Source of the DNA: the human T2T-CHM13v2.0 reference genome, Homo sapiens
Length of the DNA: 64,000 bases
Direction: 5' to 3' (one strand)
NCBI RefSeq assembly: GCF_009914755.1
Contig: NC_060928.1
Shown here: piece after piece, positions 1-14,674 of the stretch
How positions within the stretch are numbered: the stretch's first letter is position 1
Layout: each line of letters starts with the position of its first letter
The notes under the pieces: generated by a model
Seen by the model: the letters and a program-made list of their open reading frames with translations, nothing else
What the model was told of the DNA's origin: nothing
Database searches by the model: none
Position numbers and translations under genes: made by a program

Positions 1-1632
<1,632 letters not shown>

Positions 1633-1634
1633 TA

Positions 1635-2010
1635 CCACAAACTTGGTGGCTTAAAACAACAGATTTGTATTCTCTCGCAGTTCTGGAGGCCAGAAGTCAA
1701 AATTCCTTATCACTGGGCCAAAATGAAAGGGTCAGCACCTCCTCACTCCACCCCAAGGCTCTAGCAGAGTCCACTCTCACCTCCCCCAGCTCCTGAGGGC
1801 TGCCGGCATTTCTGGGTTCGCGGACGCATCACTCTGCCCTCCACTCCACTTTCACGTCACCTCCTGGGTACCTGTCCAGTCTCCCTGTGCCTCACTCTTA
1901 GAAGGATCCTGGTCCCACTCAGAAAACTCAGGATGAGCTCCTCCTCTGAAAGTTCTCTATCACATCTTCTGCCACATAAGGTATATTCACAGGTTCCAAG
2001 AAGCATGTGG
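1635..2010 (-). mobile_element. MLT1 (ERVL-MaLR) LTR fragment
   Basis: GGTGGCTTAAAACAACAG...TTCTCTCGCAGTTCTGGAGGCCAGAAGTC, typical of an antisense MLT1. Confidence 0.75.
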
Positions 2011-2629
2011 GCTTAGCTTCTGGGGGTCTCCAGCCCATGACAGATACGACATGTAAAAGCCAACCTATCTGAACCCCGGGTTCTAAATCCAGTATCATGT
2101 CCAGCTTCCTGAAAGCCTCAGCCACCTTAGATAAACCCAGCCAGGAGCCTGCCTGAAGGCCCCCTGGGCTCCCCTCCCCAGGCAAGACTGGCCCAGGTCG
2201 GGAGTGGCCCAGGCCACTTCCTGGAAAGGCAATGGCCGGAGGAGGAAGGTCAATAAGCTGCCTGAAGTGAAGATGCCCCTTCCCTGTCCCACCCAAGCAA
2301 TAACTGTGGCCAGGGACACAGGAGCCAGGATGTGTGCAGGCCCAGGCGGCCAGGGCTCTCTACCTGAGGCCATAGGGGTAGGAGGACCTCCTGCAGCCGC
2401 GCTGAAATCTCCATGCATAACTCTGAATAATAATGAGAACAACAGGTGTGTCATTCATTATCTACTATGTCAGGCAGCATATGCGGCATTTTATGTGAAT
2501 CTTCTCTATCATGGTGTAGCCAAAGGTAGAACGAGCAGCACCATCTACAGATGGGAAAACGACAGGTGAGGTCTGTGGCAGCTGCAGGGGTGCTGCGCAC
2601 TTTCGCTCAAATGGCCACAGGGCCTAAAG

Positions 2630-2945
2630 GCTAAAGCACAGGTTCCAGGCTCACCTCACCAGCTGTGTGGTCTTGGGCAAGTTTCTTACCCTCTCTGTGC
2701 CTCTGTGATATTCCATATAGCCACCTCCCCACTCACCTCTTCACCCCCAACTTCCCCTCCTCCACCCTGGGACAGCCACCCTTCCACAAAGCAAACCTGC
2801 CTCTGATCGTCATTCAGAATAGGGGTTATAATGACCCCTACCTCCTAGGGTCTCTCAAATACTGTATGTGCTACCCCACATCAAGTACTTAGAACAGTGC
2901 CTGGTGCGTAGGGGTTACTCAGGGTGGGCTGCTGGTATTATTAAA
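2630..2945 (+). mobile_element. MIR SINE, interrupted by a locally duplicated segment
   Basis: MIR core AGCTGTGTGGTCTTGGGCAAGTTTCTTACCCTCTCTGTGCCTC, then ACCCCTACCTCCTAGGG and AGTACTTAGAACAGTGCCTGG. Confidence 0.7.
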
Positions 2946-3311
2946 ATTCTTGAAATCCATCGTCTTCCCCTAGACCTGCTCCTCCTTCCAGGGCCCTGCC
3001 TCCGCAAAGAGCACGATGTTCTGGCCACTCATCCAGACCCAGGGCCTGTGAGTCCACTTGGAGCACTCCCTCCCTCCCTCTTGCATCCAAGCAGTCCCCA
3101 GGTCCCATCAGAGCTGGGACTTCATCTTTCATGTGGCTCCTCCTCCCCCTGACAGTGGCCCTTGTCTCCCTCCAGCCTCCTCTGCTCTGGCCTGGACCAC
3201 TCCAGCCACCTCCTCACTCACCACCCTACCCTCAACTTCTCCTCCTCCACCCTGGGACAGCCACCTTCCCACAAGGCAAATCTGCCTCTAATAGTGGTTA
3301 AGGACACAGAG

Positions 3312-3457
3312 AGGGATGGTGTCACAGCTGTGCAACCTGGGCCACTGCAAAGGGCCCTGAGCTTTGAAGGGCCCATGCTTAGTGCTCTTCTGATGCCATC
3401 TTGAAATTCTTAACCATTTTTTAACAAGGAGCCCCAAAAACTACATAGCCGTTTCTG
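3312..3457. mobile_element. MER91-like hAT-Tip100 MITE
   Basis: GGGCCCTGAGCTTTGAAGGGCCC...ATGCCATCTTGAAATTCTTAA...ACAAGGAGCCCC resembles the MER91A consensus as I recall it. Confidence 0.65.
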
Positions 3458-3819
3458 ACAACCACCAGCCCTAACCACAGACTTCCATGGGCCGGGCACT
3501 GAGCTTAGAGTGACACGTGTCAGCTCCCTCCACCCCACCATGAATGTACTGCTATCCTCACTTTACAGATGTGAACTGCCCAAGGGCACGCGGCTTTTCC
3601 ACGGCTCTATGGCTGTCTTAAATTTCACTTGTGAGCATCTCAACTTGAAAATTAAAAGACATCTGAGTGCACTGAATGCTTCGGTTTAGAGCATGCCAGA
3701 AATCAGAGCTGGCTAGGACCAGTCAGGCTGACTGCGCCAGATCGCTGCACCAGTGAGACTTTGTCTCCCAGAGCTGACAGCATGCAGACAATGAGGAGTC
3801 CGCCCATCCTCCACATCAC

Positions 3820-5000
3820 CCGGTGTTCAACAGGGAAGACACACAAATGGCCGAGGAGCACCTGAAGAGACGCTCAACGTCATCAGCCCTCAGGGTAATA
3901 CCAATCAAAACCGCAGTGAGACGGCACCACACACCACCCAGGACGGCTGCAATCAAAAAAGCGCACAACAACAAGTGTGGGTGAGCATGTGGGGAACTGG
4001 ACCCTTTATGCATTGCTGGTGGGGTCATGAAATGATGCAGCCACTTTGGAAAACAGTCTGGTGGTTCCTTAAAATGTGAAACGCAGAATCACCCTGTGAC
4101 CTCGCAGTTCTACTCCTAAATATGTAACTGAAAGATGGGAAAACATATGTGCACACAAAAACATGTACACAAACATTCATGGCAGCACGATTCCTAACAC
4201 CCAACATGTGAACACAACCCAAATGTGCATCAGTTACAGATGGATAAACAAAATGTGGTCTATGATATTCCATAGAGCAGAATAGTATTTGGCCATCAGA
4301 AGGAATGAAGTCTCAACACCTGCTACGACATGAATGAACCTGGAAAACATTCCACTAAATGAAGAAAGCCAGTCACAAAATACCACAGATTGAATATTCC
4401 ATTTAGATTAAATGTCTAGAATAGGGAAATCCATAGGGATGGCCAGGCACGGTGGCTCACACCTGTAATCCCAGCACTTTGGGAGGGCGAGGCGGGCAGA
4501 TTTTTTGAGTCCAAGAGTCCAAGACCAGCTTGGACAGGATGGCAAATCCATGTCTCTACAAAAAAAAAACAAAACACAAAAATTAGCCAGGCCTGGTGGC
4601 ATGCCCCTGTGGTCCCAGCTACTTGGGAGGCTGATGTGGGAGAATCACTTGAGCCTGGGGAGGCTGAGGTTGCAGTGAGCTGTAATCACACCACTGCACT
4701 CCAGCCTAGGTGACAGAGTGAGAGCCTGTCTCAAAAAATAAAAACAAAAAAAAAAATCATAGGGACAAGAAGTAGATGTAGTGGTTGTCAGGGGTCACGT
4801 GAAAGGAAGAGTTGGTGGTGGGGACTGTTAATAGGCATTGGATTTCTTTCTGGGGAGATTTTAATGCTCTGCAATTAGATAGTGATGATGGTTGCATAAC
4901 ACTGTGAATATATTAAGAATAGCTTAATTGTACACTTTAAAAGGCCAGATTTTATAGTACATGAATTATATCTCAGTAACGCTATTGTTTTAAAAATGTT
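3820..5000 (+). mobile_element. L1MB-type LINE 3' end, split by an Alu
   Basis: Hallmark L1M ORF2-end/3'UTR motifs: GCAGCCACTTTGGAAAACAGT, GATGGATAAACAAAATGTGG, GATGGTTGCATAACACTGTGAATAT. Confidence 0.85.
4441..4756 (+). mobile_element. Alu (J-like)
   Basis: Full Alu dimer with A tail; TSD-like AAATC(C)ATAGGGA on both sides. Confidence 0.92.
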
Positions 5001-5002
5001 CA

Positions 5003-5433
5003 TGTATTGGGTTGAATAGTGCTTCCCCCAATCTCATGCATGTCCTTCCCACAATCTCAGCTTGTGGCCATATTTGTAAGTAGGGTTCCTGCAGGTGTCA
5101 TGAGTTAGGAGGAGGCCATGATGGACTAGGGTGGGCCCTTTATTCAGTACAGCTGGGGTCCTTATAAAAGATACTCAGACAGACGCAGCAGGAGGAGTCC
5201 ACATGACGATGGAGGCAGAGCCTGGAGTGACACAGCCACAAACCAAGGAGCCAAGGACAGCCGCCACCACTAGGGGTTGGGAGAAGTGAAGAACGATCCT
5301 CCACTAGAGCTTTCAGAGAGAGCATGGCCCTGCCCACACCTTCATCTCAGACTTCTGGCCTCTAGAACTGTGAGAGAATGCATTTGTTTTATGCCACCCA
5401 GATTGTGGAAATTTGTTACACCAGCCCTAGGAA

Positions 5434-5436
<3 letters not shown>
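5003..5436 (+). mobile_element. MLT1 (MaLR) solo LTR
   Basis: TGTATTGGGTTGAATAGTG...CAGACTTCTGGCCTCTAGAACTGTGAGAGAAT...CAGCCCTAGGAAA. Confidence 0.85.

Positions 5437-5471
<35 letters not shown>
5437..5471. repeat. (TG)n microsatellite
   Basis: Run of TG dinucleotides. Confidence 0.95.
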
Positions 5472-5474
<3 letters not shown>

Positions 5475-5755
5475 TATTTTCAGATGACGAAACTGCTGAT
5501 CTAAGAATCACACCTAGGGTAACCCCAGCTTAGTGCAGGTCCTGAAGCCAGTCTACCAGGGTTTGAATCCCAACTCTAGTATGTACTAACCATGTGGCCT
5601 TGTGCCTCAGATGCCCCACCTGGAACATGGGGCTAGTGGTGGTACCTACCTCATAGGTACAACAACCCCATGTTGTTATGAGTAGACATCAGATTAATAT
5701 AGGTAAAGTGCTCACAAGAGTGCCTACAATGCACTCTGTAATCTTTAAGTTTTTC

Positions 5756-7398
5756 TACCACCACCGATACTACCACTACCATCACTCTCATCACCACCAC
5801 CACCACCACTACCACCACCACCACCACCACCACCACCACCCTCACCACCACCACATTCCCATCACCACCACCACCACCATCACCACTCTCATCACCATCA
5901 TTACCACTCCACCACCACCGCCACATCCCCATCATTACCAACATCATCACCATCACCACCACCACCACTTCCATCACCAACACCACCACCACCACCCTTC
6001 TCACCACCTCCATCACCATCACTACCACCATCATTGTCAAGACCATCATAATGCTCTCCACCATCACCACCACTCCCCCCACCCTTCTCACCACCACCAC
6101 CACCATCACCACCACCATCACTGTCAACACCATCATAACCCTCTCCACCATCACCACCACTCTCCCCACCCTTCTCACCACCACCACCACCACCTCTATC
6201 ACCACCATCACCACCACCACTACCTCTATCACTACCGCCACCACCACGACTATCACCATAACCACCATCACCATCACCATCATCACCACCACTACCATCA
6301 CAACCACCCTCAGCACCCTTACCACCACCACCATCACCACCATCACCATAGTCACCACCACCTCCATCACCATCACCACCACCACCATTACCACCCTCAC
6401 AACCACCCCCAGCACCCTTCTATCACCACCACCATCACCACCATTATCACCACCACCACCACCTCCATCACCATCACCACCACCACCATTGCCACCATTA
6501 CACCCACCATTGTCCTCAACAGTGTCATCACCACCACCGTTAACATCAACACCATCACCTCTACCATTACCACCACCAATCCCACCACCCTTCTCACCTC
6601 CACTGTCACCCTCCTTAACACCATCACCACCACCATCCCCATCCCCATCACCACCCTTGCCACCACAATCACCACCACATCCCCATCACCATCCCACCCT
6701 CACCACCACCACTACACTTCCATCACTATCACCACCATCCCAGAACCACCACACCACCACCACCATCCCCATCACCATGACCACCATCACAATCACCTCC
6801 ATCACCTCCACCACCACCATCACCATCACCGCCACCACCTTTCTTACCATCACCACCACCACCAGCATCCCCATCACCATAACCCACCATCACTGACACC
6901 ACCACCATTGCCACCCTTACCACCACTGCCATCACCATAATCACCACCATCACCACCCTCACCACCATCACCATGCTGACCACCATCACCACCACCCCAT
7001 TACCCTTCTCACTACTACCACCATCATCACCACCACATCATCATCTCCATCACCAGCACCACCATCATCACCACCACCATCTCCATCACCATTACCACCA
7101 CCATCACCATCATCACCACCATCACCATCATCACCACCACCACCATTCCCACTGCCATACCACCATCACCATCACACCTACCACTGTCCTCATCAATGTC
7201 ATCACCACCACCATTAACATCAACACCATCAACATCTCCATCACCACCACCAGCCCCAGCACCCTCCTCACCTCCACTACCACCCTCCTTACCACCATCA
7301 CCACCATCACCATTATCACCAACCACCACCATCATCACCACTACCACCACTCTCACCACCATCACCATCACCACCACCATTATCACTATCACCACCAG
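5756..7398. repeat. ~1.64 kb degenerate (CAC/CAT)n trinucleotide low-complexity array with internal higher-order duplications
   Basis: Almost G-free plus strand of CAC/CAT/TAC units; 87-bp periodicity at 5995/6082/6169. Confidence 0.97.
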
Positions 7399-8683
7399 CA
7401 GGCATTGCCAATGTGTGTCCAGCCATCAAAGAACATCAGCCTAGTGGAAAGGTAGATGAGAAACAGAGGGAAGGATCCAGAGCCCACTGTGATGTAAACC
7501 GTCTCGATCCCCCCCAAGTATGTGTCTAGTAGGGAATGCCAAGAGCATGAGTGCACAACAGTGATAGGTGTGGGAAGACAGAGTCTTCACATGTCTTGAA
7601 GGTTGGCGGTTCACCCTCAAAAGCTACTGAACCCAGGAGTACCGTGCAGGTAGGACTGTGCTTCTCTCATCTCAAATGCCAACTCCCTGCCTGGCACGGA
7701 ATCGAGGCTCATTCGTTGGCTGAATGTGTTGACAATCCCTGACTGCACAAAAATTACTTCACAACCCAGTTTATGCCTCCATTAAGTGGGGACAATGCCT
7801 GTTTCAAACCTGGTGATGTGTATATTCTTGCAAAGCCATGCAGACATTTAACAGCCAAGCATTACTGATATTTTTTATTAATAAGCAACAACTAACAGAA
7901 AGCAGAATTCCTTCCATCTTCCCACAAGCTCCCCCACGTGATAACTGATTGTTGTTCCCTGGACACATCCCACACCAGGCCACGCAGGAATTCTCAGTCC
8001 CACTCTTTTCTCTTAAGGTAAATCCTTCTGAAACACTGGTCCAATGCTTCTAATGTCTAGGATCCTGTGATCAGGCCAGCACAGATTTCTCTGGTCTGAC
8101 TTGGCAGGAAAGCTGCTCAGGGCAAAGGATGCTTTCCTCCATGCTGCCCGAGCACTGGCCGAGAAGCCAGCCCTCAGCTTTACATCCTGTTCAACTTTCA
8201 ACTTCCTTCAGCTGGCAGTGACCTGGTCCCCTGGCACTCACCAGACGATCTGCAGATAACATTAATAAATCCCAGCTGCAGAAAACAGTGCCTGTAATGA
8301 GGAAGGACTGGGAATACTGGAAAGACAAGAGACCCAGGCCAGCCCATGTCTAAGTCCCATGCTGCTCCAGCTCTGGCCTGGGTTTCTTCCAGTTACCCCC
8401 GAGAACCCCAGCCTGTTCTGACCCCTGGGGAGGAGAGAGGACGCGGCCCTGGCCCCAACTTTAGGTAGCTCACGGCCATCTCATCTGCCCCACCCACACA
8501 GGACATTGTGCAGGGACTGAATCAGCCAGGGGATGGGAGCCCCTAATGGCAGTGACCAAGGTCCCCAAAGTGACCTTCTGTCCCCAGGTGCTCAGGGCCC
8601 TAGGACTCTGTTCCCAGAAACTGGAAGGGATGTTTGATTGAGAAAACTTATCTCACCTGCAAGCTCAGCTCATGTGGCATCCT

Positions 8684-8726
8684 TGCCCAAGATGCCCCAC
8701 CCTGCCCAAGATGCCCCACCCTGCCC
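8684..8726. repeat. 19-bp tandem duplication (TGCCCAAGATGCCCCACCC x2 plus partial)
   Basis: Directly visible. Confidence 0.9.
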
Positions 8727-9703
8727 CCGTGATCACACCACAAACACTGACTGTGCATCTCTTGGCTCCCAGATCGAGTGCAGAGGGTGAAACAGGAACA
8801 GCTGCCGCTCTCACACTACCCAAGATCAGTCAAAGGAGGAATCTCGTAATCAGATGATTGCACTGGGGTGAGGTTGGAGCTGAGAGCCTGGGGGCTTCCT
8901 GGAGGAGGTGATGCCCCAGCTGAAACTTCAATGTTAGCAGGAGGCTAACCCGATTAACAAAGGATAAACAATGAAAAGAAGAAACCAAGCCCTACAAGAT
9001 GTTCACGCCTATCTGTGTGGGTTCCTGCAAGCACAGGAAAAAGTTCAGGAGATTTCACCTCCCACTGGTTACCATACAGGGGGTAGAATCTGGAGGGATG
9101 GAGAGAAAGAAGGTCTGTTAATGTCCTTAGTCTTTTCTCTAATTGAATAGTTACAACTACAAACACTATTTCAGTGATCTTACAAGGCAATCAAACTCTA
9201 ATAAAAATGTAGGGGAAGGAAAGAAATGAAAATTTGAAGGAAAATTGGTCTGCAAGCAAAGATTCTAAAAATATAATGATTTCTCTATGGGGAGAGAAAC
9301 AAACTTCGTCAAAAGCCTCTGGCTTTATGTCAAAACTGCTCCCCAAGAGGATGCCAAATATGAACTATGGAGCAAGCATTCCACTCTGCCTCAGGTGACC
9401 AAGACCACAGGACTGACAGATGGATACAGCCTGGCCACTAGGAACACCTTTTTAAAAATGTCTTATTGCAAAATTCCAAAGCCTACAGAAAAGTTCCAAA
9501 GACAGCAAACAATGAATCCCTTTACACCTTCATCTTGATTCACCAACTGTTTAATTTTTCCTTATCCCATTTTTCTATCTATAAGGAGAGATGTGTGTAT
9601 TTCTATCCTTGTGGGCCATTTGACAGTAAGCTGCAGACACCACGACATCTCACCCTAAATGTTGTGACTTTTATCTCTGAAGAAAAGGACGTTTATAAAA
9701 TCA

Positions 9704-10020
<317 letters not shown>

Positions 10021-12666
10021 TCAAAATCAGAAATTTTATCACTGATTCATTTCCTACTCGAACATCACCAATCGTTGCAATAATACCCTATATAGCAAAA
10101 TGATGATGTGAGGCCTTGATCCAGGCCTCAGAACACTTATTAATATGAAAGAGCAGTTGTAAACAGGATGCAGCCAGGTCTCCGTCAGAGGTATTGTGAA
10201 CCACAGGCTCCAAAAGTAAGTGGAAAAGTAAAATTTAATGACAATCAGGAATAATCGCCATCACCAGGGCAAGAGTCAGGTGTGACATATGATAAGGGAG
10301 GGCTGCTGGGAGGGTCCAGGCACAGCGAGAAAGGACCGTGAATCCTTGGCTGATGCCAGACCTGGTCTTCGGCTCCGTGTTTAAGAAATCAGAGGTCACA
10401 GGCCCTCAGGCCCGATGGTTCCCTCTTGTCCTTGGGAGCTGGCCACATGCACCAGAGCGAACCAGGGTGCAGAAGAACAGGCCTGGGCTCGCAGCTCTCA
10501 ACCTGCTGGGTCCTGTGGAGAGGTCGCAACACTGCTGCAGCCCTCAGTTTCCCCATCTCTAGAGCCTTAAGTCTTCCCCGAAACCCCCTGGAGCAGCTAA
10601 AACACGCTCCGTTACCCCAGGCTCTCCTGAAAGGACTCCTGGGAGTGTAAAGCCCCACCCCCTCCCTGCTCATACCTCAGCACCCCAAACTACACCACGA
10701 CACCCAGCTCCCAGGTGACCCCGTCGTGTCAAGGACTGGTTCCTTCTGTCGCTCCAACTGTTTTGCACCCTGGCCCCTTCCTCACCCTCTGCCCACCCAT
10801 GTGGCCCCATCTGCCCCTGGACTGTGGCCACCCTCAACCATGTGGAGTTCTGACCCGTGTCTCTTGATCTTGGTGATGGCCACTGCTTTTCTGAGAAACA
10901 AAAAACAGTAAAACATATCCACAGGCTATCCTCGGTTTCCCCACTGCCCTGCAGGTAAAAACCAAACTCCTTAGCCTGGACAAGGCCCTTCCTCATCTAA
11001 GACCCCACCTCACCTTCCCACAAGTCCCCCCAAACTCCCCTCACCAGCCAAACTGACCAACATCAGGGGGCAGCAACACAGCACTGACACGCAGGCAAGT
11101 GACACTCTCTGGGCCCGCTGAGGCCCTGAAGGCTCAGAAAGGTTAAGGAACCTCCCCAAAGTCACAGAACTCCCATGTGATAGAACCGGGACACAAGTAA
11201 GTGAGCTCCAAATGGGGTCCCTTCATTCCGCAATAAAAAGTAAAACGTTTCATCTCTACCAACGGTCTCTACATTCACGCTGCCTCTGGACAAAGCCTGA
11301 AAGAACAGCAACACAGCAGTTCAGTGCTGGGAGTACAGGTGAATGCCATTTTTTCTTTTTGCAACACTTTCAAGAATTTTGTAGACAATTTTCAAAGTTC
11401 CCAGTAGCAATACTGACGAGAAGTCAGCAGACACTGAGGGATAAGGAGTCCCCAAGCATCTCGCTCATGACTCATCACTGATCTTCTCTGCACAGGAGAT
11501 AAAAATGGTAGCCTGCTTTCAGCTGAGGACTCACTCCAGCATGGCTGGCACCAGGCAGGATTTCCCACCTACCCAGCTCCACCCAGGCAGATGGATGCTG
11601 CCTTAGAACACCAGCACCCTGCTCGTGCCTGGGGCATGCCTGCCAATCCGTGGCTCTCTCGGCACCTGGAAAAGACAGGATTCAAAACTCAGACATTGTT
11701 TTCCAATTAAAGTAGCAGATGCCTTGGAACTCTCTTTAAAGAGATTAAATGGCTAAATGTAAATTTACTCAACAATCATCTTGACCCATCAAGGCCCTTG
11801 TCCTCTCTGAACCAGTTTCCTGGGGTTCCATCTAGCAGAGATAACGGTGCTACCACTGTCCACAGGGCTGTAAATTGAGAATCTTTACAGCAGATGAGGT
11901 CCCTTGCTCATTATAAACACAATGGTAGTCAGCATCATTATTGTTTACTGAAAAACCTACTAAGTGCCAGATACTTCCCAGGCATTAAAGATACAGAGAT
12001 GAACATGGTGTAATGCTCCCCTGGAGTAGTCAGAGATCTAGTGAGAAGAAGGGACTACAAATCTCTAACAGGCTTGAGTTTGACTTTGAGCACAGTGGGG
12101 AGCCACGGAGAGGGTTACACCTGGGTGGAAAAGGACAGATCACCCCCTCATACGTTTCAGACCAGCTGCTCCAGAGTCAACATGGAGGACTGCCTGGCAG
12201 CAGGTTCCACGGGGCCCCTGAAGGCAGAGACAGTGTTTAGGCTGTGTCCTGGTCTGGTGGGGTATGAAGATCCCTGAGGTGAACCATGAATACAAACATT
12301 TTAGGAGGCAAAACCAGATAGGACCTCCAGCCTAGCTGAACGGGACCAAGGAAGGATTTCCGATGTTCAGCTGTATTGTACATTTTAATCTATTTACCAA
12401 GCTCCTCAGTACTCCTACCACAGGACGGTTGTTCTGTAGAAACAAGACGCAGCACTGTACCACATCACCCGGACACACTCAGAATGGGGCAATGGGGTCA
12501 GGGAATTAAGGGCTGGGAGATAACTCCATGTTTACAAATGGGGAAACTGAGGCTTGCAGTGGTAGAATGACTCACCCAAGGTTCCACTGAACATGCAAAA
12601 GGACCCAGGATTTGCCAGCCTGTGTGGCCAGCAAGAAATTGGAGCCTATATCAAAGTGGTGGGAAA

Positions 12667-12958
12667 AGCTGGGCGCCATGGCTCACACCTGTAATCCTAG
12701 CACTTTTTGGGGGCCGAGGCAGGCGGATCACTTGAGCCCAGAAGTTAGAAACCAGCCTGGGCAACATGGCGAAACCCTGCCTCTACAAAAAATACAAAAA
12801 TTAGCCAGGCATGGTGGCATGTGCCTGTAGTCTCAGCTACTGGGGAGGCTGAGGTGGGAGGATCGCTTGCATCGGGGAGGTTGAGGCTGCAGTGAGCCAT
12901 GATTTGTGCCACTGCACTCCAGCCTGGGTGACAGAGTAAGACCCTGTCTCAAAAAAAA
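12667..12958 (+). mobile_element. Alu (J-like)
   Basis: Alu dimer with J-type GAGGTTGAGGCTGCAGTGAGCCATGAT. Confidence 0.92.
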
Positions 12959-14194
12959 TTTTTTTAAATGATCGGAAAGGTACAAACCTTGTTGTCATGA
13001 GCAGTGACCATGTGACCATGCCTAGACACCCACTGGCATCCTGAAACCAAAAGGGAGCTTCGGGTAGGAGGGTGTTGGTAGACAAACGTCAATCTTCCCA
13101 AAGGGAAAAAACACTTAGCAAATATTGATGTAGAGAAGAAGTGAGCTCCAAAGTTGGAGAGGACTTTAAGAAAGGCCATCTGATCCGACCTCCCCATTGC
13201 ACAGATGGGATGTGGAGTCCAGGGAGGGTGTGGCTAATCCAAATGTACATAGAAAGACAGGATTTGAACCCAGCCCCTTTACTCCCAGTCCTGAGCTCTA
13301 ATTACTCTGGGCCTCAAACTTAGCCTAGTAAAGGTTTATAAGCCACATCATCACCTACTCCAACAAGCCCTCCATGTTTGCCACGGCTTCTGCCTCTGAA
13401 AATTTGGGCCTCCTGGGAAGGGTGTAAGAGAAAGAGCCTGGGCTTCCCTGTCAGTTGGACCTAGACTCAAATCCTAGATCCAACCCTTCTGCTGTGTGAC
13501 CTGCATCATCACACCTCACTTCTCTGTCCTGAGGCTGTTGTGTGGATTAAACAAATTAAGGCACCCACTGCAGGGTCTGAAGCAGAGCAGCCCCTCCCAC
13601 AGACTGAGGCAGATCATAGCCATACTAATAATGGCTGCATCCCCCAAACATCAGTGCAACCTCCTCCACTCCACCCCCAATGCCACTACCCACATCAGAG
13701 CCACCATCTTCACAGTGACCTGGGTGGCCCCTGCCTCTGCATTGTCTCTGAGCCTCTGCACACGCTGCAGGCTGTCCCTCTGCCCACAACTCCTCTTCCC
13801 CAGCCCCAGCCAAGATGCCTCAACTCAAAGTTAATTTTGCACAGAAGAGGTGAGATTAACCCTAACCACTCAATCTCACGCTTCCACCTCCAAGTGCATC
13901 CGGCTTCACTTCCGGCTGCAGGCTTTTAAAGTCAAACATGACTCCTCCCTTTCCACTTCCTGTCCAGCCCCTAACCCCGCCTCGTTGGCCACGCCCACTT
14001 CATGCTTCCTGTCCCCGACCCTCCTCCCTGGAGGGGAGGGATAGGAAAGAAGGAAACAGAAGCCCAAGGCTTTGATATATTTAGCTTTGTCCCCCATGGG
14101 TATAAAAAAATGACCCTTTAATGTTTTGTATCTCATTTTTGAATTGAGAGACGTGGCTACCTTTCAGGTAAGCAGCTTTTCCTTTGTTACCCTA

Positions 14195-14674
14195 CGATAT
14201 GGTTTGGCTGTGTCCCCACCCAAATCTCCTCTTGAATTGTAGTTCCCATAATCCCCATGTGTGGTGGGAGGGACCTCTCGGGAGGTAATTGAATCATGGG
14301 GGCAGTTTACCCCATACTATTCTCATGATAGTGAGTAAGCTCTATTTGATCAGAACTTTAAGTGGGTTCTGAATATGTTACGAGTAGCAATTTTATCAGA
14401 AATTATTTGTGTCTGTGGGTGTGTTTGGTGGGGAATTGAAGTAGGTGGTTTTCTGATGATATTGGAAGCATTTCATGAACCGGGATATTTCGAAACTGCA
14501 TCTCCTTGATACCGCCAGGTGAAGAAGGACGTGTTTGCTTCCCCTAATGCCATGATTGTAAGTTTTTTAAGGCTTCCCCAGCCATGCAAAACTGTGAGTC
14601 AATTAAACCTCTTTTCTTTATAAATTCCCGTCACAGGTATGTCTTTATTAGCAATGTGAGGACAGACTAATATA
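14195..14674 (+). mobile_element. THE1 (ERVL-MaLR) solo LTR carrying a foreign ~159 bp insert
   Basis: GATATGGTTTGGCTGTGTCCCCACCCAAATCTC...GTGAGTCAATTAAACCTC...GACTAATA; 5-bp TSD CCCTA at 14190-14194 and 14675-14679. Confidence 0.92.

Noticed and set aside
5955-6200. CRISPR-like repeat-spacer periodicity
   Set aside because: The units are degenerate copies of one another with no unique spacers; eukaryotic minisatellite, no cas genes.
5678-6940. 420-aa His/Thr/Pro-rich ORF and overlapping Val/Met-rich ORFs
   Set aside because: They are translations of the CAC/CAT repeat, which rarely yields stop codons. Several frames on both strands are open, and there is no domain or splice context.
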